Part shown: positions 62,581 to 64,000 of the stretch, in pieces
Layout: the number at the start of each line of letters is the position of its first letter
Position numbering within the stretch: the first letter of the stretch is position 1
NCBI GenBank assembly: GCA_015487495.1
Contig: WFPP01000106.1
Location: 609-64,608 of the forward strand
Source: Thiomicrorhabdus sp.
Lineage (GTDB): Bacteria; Pseudomonadota; Gammaproteobacteria; Thiomicrospirales; Thiomicrospiraceae
Length of the DNA: 64,000 nucleotides
Direction of reading: 5' to 3'
Position numbers and translations under genes: made by a program
The notes under the pieces: model-generated
Told to the model about the DNA's origin: nothing
The model's input: the letters and a program-made list of their open reading frames with translations, nothing else
Database searches by the model: none

Positions 62581-63219
62581 TTAGGAATCACCTGAATCCT
62601 GTTTGTGGACAGGGTTAAATACTGGCAAGCTATAATTCGTTAAAATCGCCAAAATACGCAAACTAAACACAACAACAATACATAAAATAACCGCCACCTC
62701 CTGTTGCTCAAAAAAACCAGAGGCTAATAACATAACACTGGCACCAACAAAACTCGCCGTGGCGTAAATCTCTTTACGGAAGATCAACGGCACTTCTCCC
62801 ACCAACACATCCCGAATCACCCCGCCTGCCGCTCCGGTCATAATCGCAGTCATAATAATAATAGGATCACTCAAACCTAAATCCATCGCTTTTTGCGCTC
62901 CAATTGCCGTAAACACCGCCAACCCCAACGCATCCAGATACAACAAAAATCGCATAGGAGCCGTTTTAAACTTAGCATAAAAAAACAAAAACAGAGCTGC
63001 AATCACCACAATGTAAATATAATGAGGTTGCGTAACCCAAAAAACGGGTTGATCCAAAATCAAATCGCGCAAGGTACCACCACCAATCGCCGTTACCATT
63101 GCAATCACAATCGCACCAAACAGATCCAGCTGCTTACGGCTAGCAGCCAATAACCCTGTAATGGCAAACACCACTGTGCCTAATAAATCGAGTGCATTAA
63201 TCGTAAAGTCAAAATTCAT
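62581..63219 (-). CDS. Trimeric intracellular cation channel family protein (UPF0126/YadS-like)
   Basis: Duplicated motif VTAIGGGTLRD / MTGAAGGVIRD, DALGL, EIYA. Confidence 0.9.
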   Translation of the reverse strand: MNFDFTINALDLLGTVVFAITGLLAASRKQLDLFGAIVIAMVTAIGGGTLRDLILDQPVFWVTQPHYIYIVVIAALFLFFYAKFKTAPMRFLLYLDALGLAVFTAIGAQKAMDLGLSDPIIIMTAIMTGAAGGVIRDVLVGEVPLIFRKEIYATASFVGASVMLLASGFFEQQEVAVILCIVVVFSLRILAILTNYSLPVFNPVHKQDSGDS

Positions 63220-63311
63220 GCGCACATTATATAGGCAAGGCCTGAACAAGTCATAAATGAATCCTGTTTCATAACGACTTTAACCAGCACTCCCTCAAGA
63301 GTTTACCGAAT

Positions 63312-63421
63312 TTAGGGATATGCTGATTAAATCACTCAAGGAAGTCCCTGCGAAACAGCTCTAGAATAGGAAGGTTTGAAGACTCACAAAATTTTAAGAG
63401 ACTTAATCAGAGGTTCCTTAA
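63312..63421. mobile_element. IS5-type MITE copy C (102 bp, different interior)
   Basis: TTAG-GGATATGCTGATTAAATC...GACTTAATCAGAGGTTCC-TTAA. Confidence 0.7.
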
Positions 63422-63556
63422 AATTCTATGTAGCTTTAAGGAGGCCACTTCATTGCTGAACTTTTTCAATACCGCAAAAAACCTTGATACTCTATTTGTT
63501 TGAATACCAAGGCATCATTTAAGAACACTAAAAAGATAAAAAGAGGGGTGGGGAAT

Positions 63557-64000
<444 letters not shown>

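Overview
64 kb of core chromosome from an AT-rich gammaproteobacterium. Type I SQR, a single LolC/E permease and general protein style suggest a Thiomicrorhabdus/Hydrogenovibrio/Thiomicrospira-like sulfur oxidiser (inference, no search run). The window spans the replication terminus: a canonical XerCD dif site lies at 11967-11994, and G/C-tract, KOPS and gene polarity invert around it. Left of dif: CDF transporter (partial), gltX, tRNA Ala-Glu-Gly-Glu, an IS30 remnant, relA, a FIST-GGDEF-EAL protein behind a perfect FNR/DNR box, dusA, a DUF5710-fused xseA, xseB and arsC. Right of dif: orphan rpoN, a bicupin with a PdsR/PdsS-like two-component system, a SPOR protein, norM, nudF, alr, dnaB, rpsF-rpsR-DUF2232-rplI, the gyrA-serC-pheA-hisC-tyrA-aroA-cmk-rpsA-ihfB-lapA-pyrF superoperon, ubiG-gph-yciK, a peptide ABC transporter, fabI, tRNA (Val-Asp)x2, hupB-lon-clpX-clpP-tig, ABC-F, lolCD, a TRIC-family gene and the 3' end of sqr. 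No prophage, CRISPR, rRNA or intact transposase was seen. Most noteworthy: (i) two tRNA-spacer hairpins with an identical loop complementary to the tRNA-Glu D-loop; (ii) an IS5-type MITE family including 21-24 bp micro-elements at stop codons; (iii) the DUF5710-XseA/XseB pair beside dif; (iv) the FNR-box/FIST phosphodiesterase; (v) the sortase-less PdsRS-like system with a cupin; (vi) a ~180-200 nt structured tig leader. All calls are by eye from sequence and recalled family motifs.
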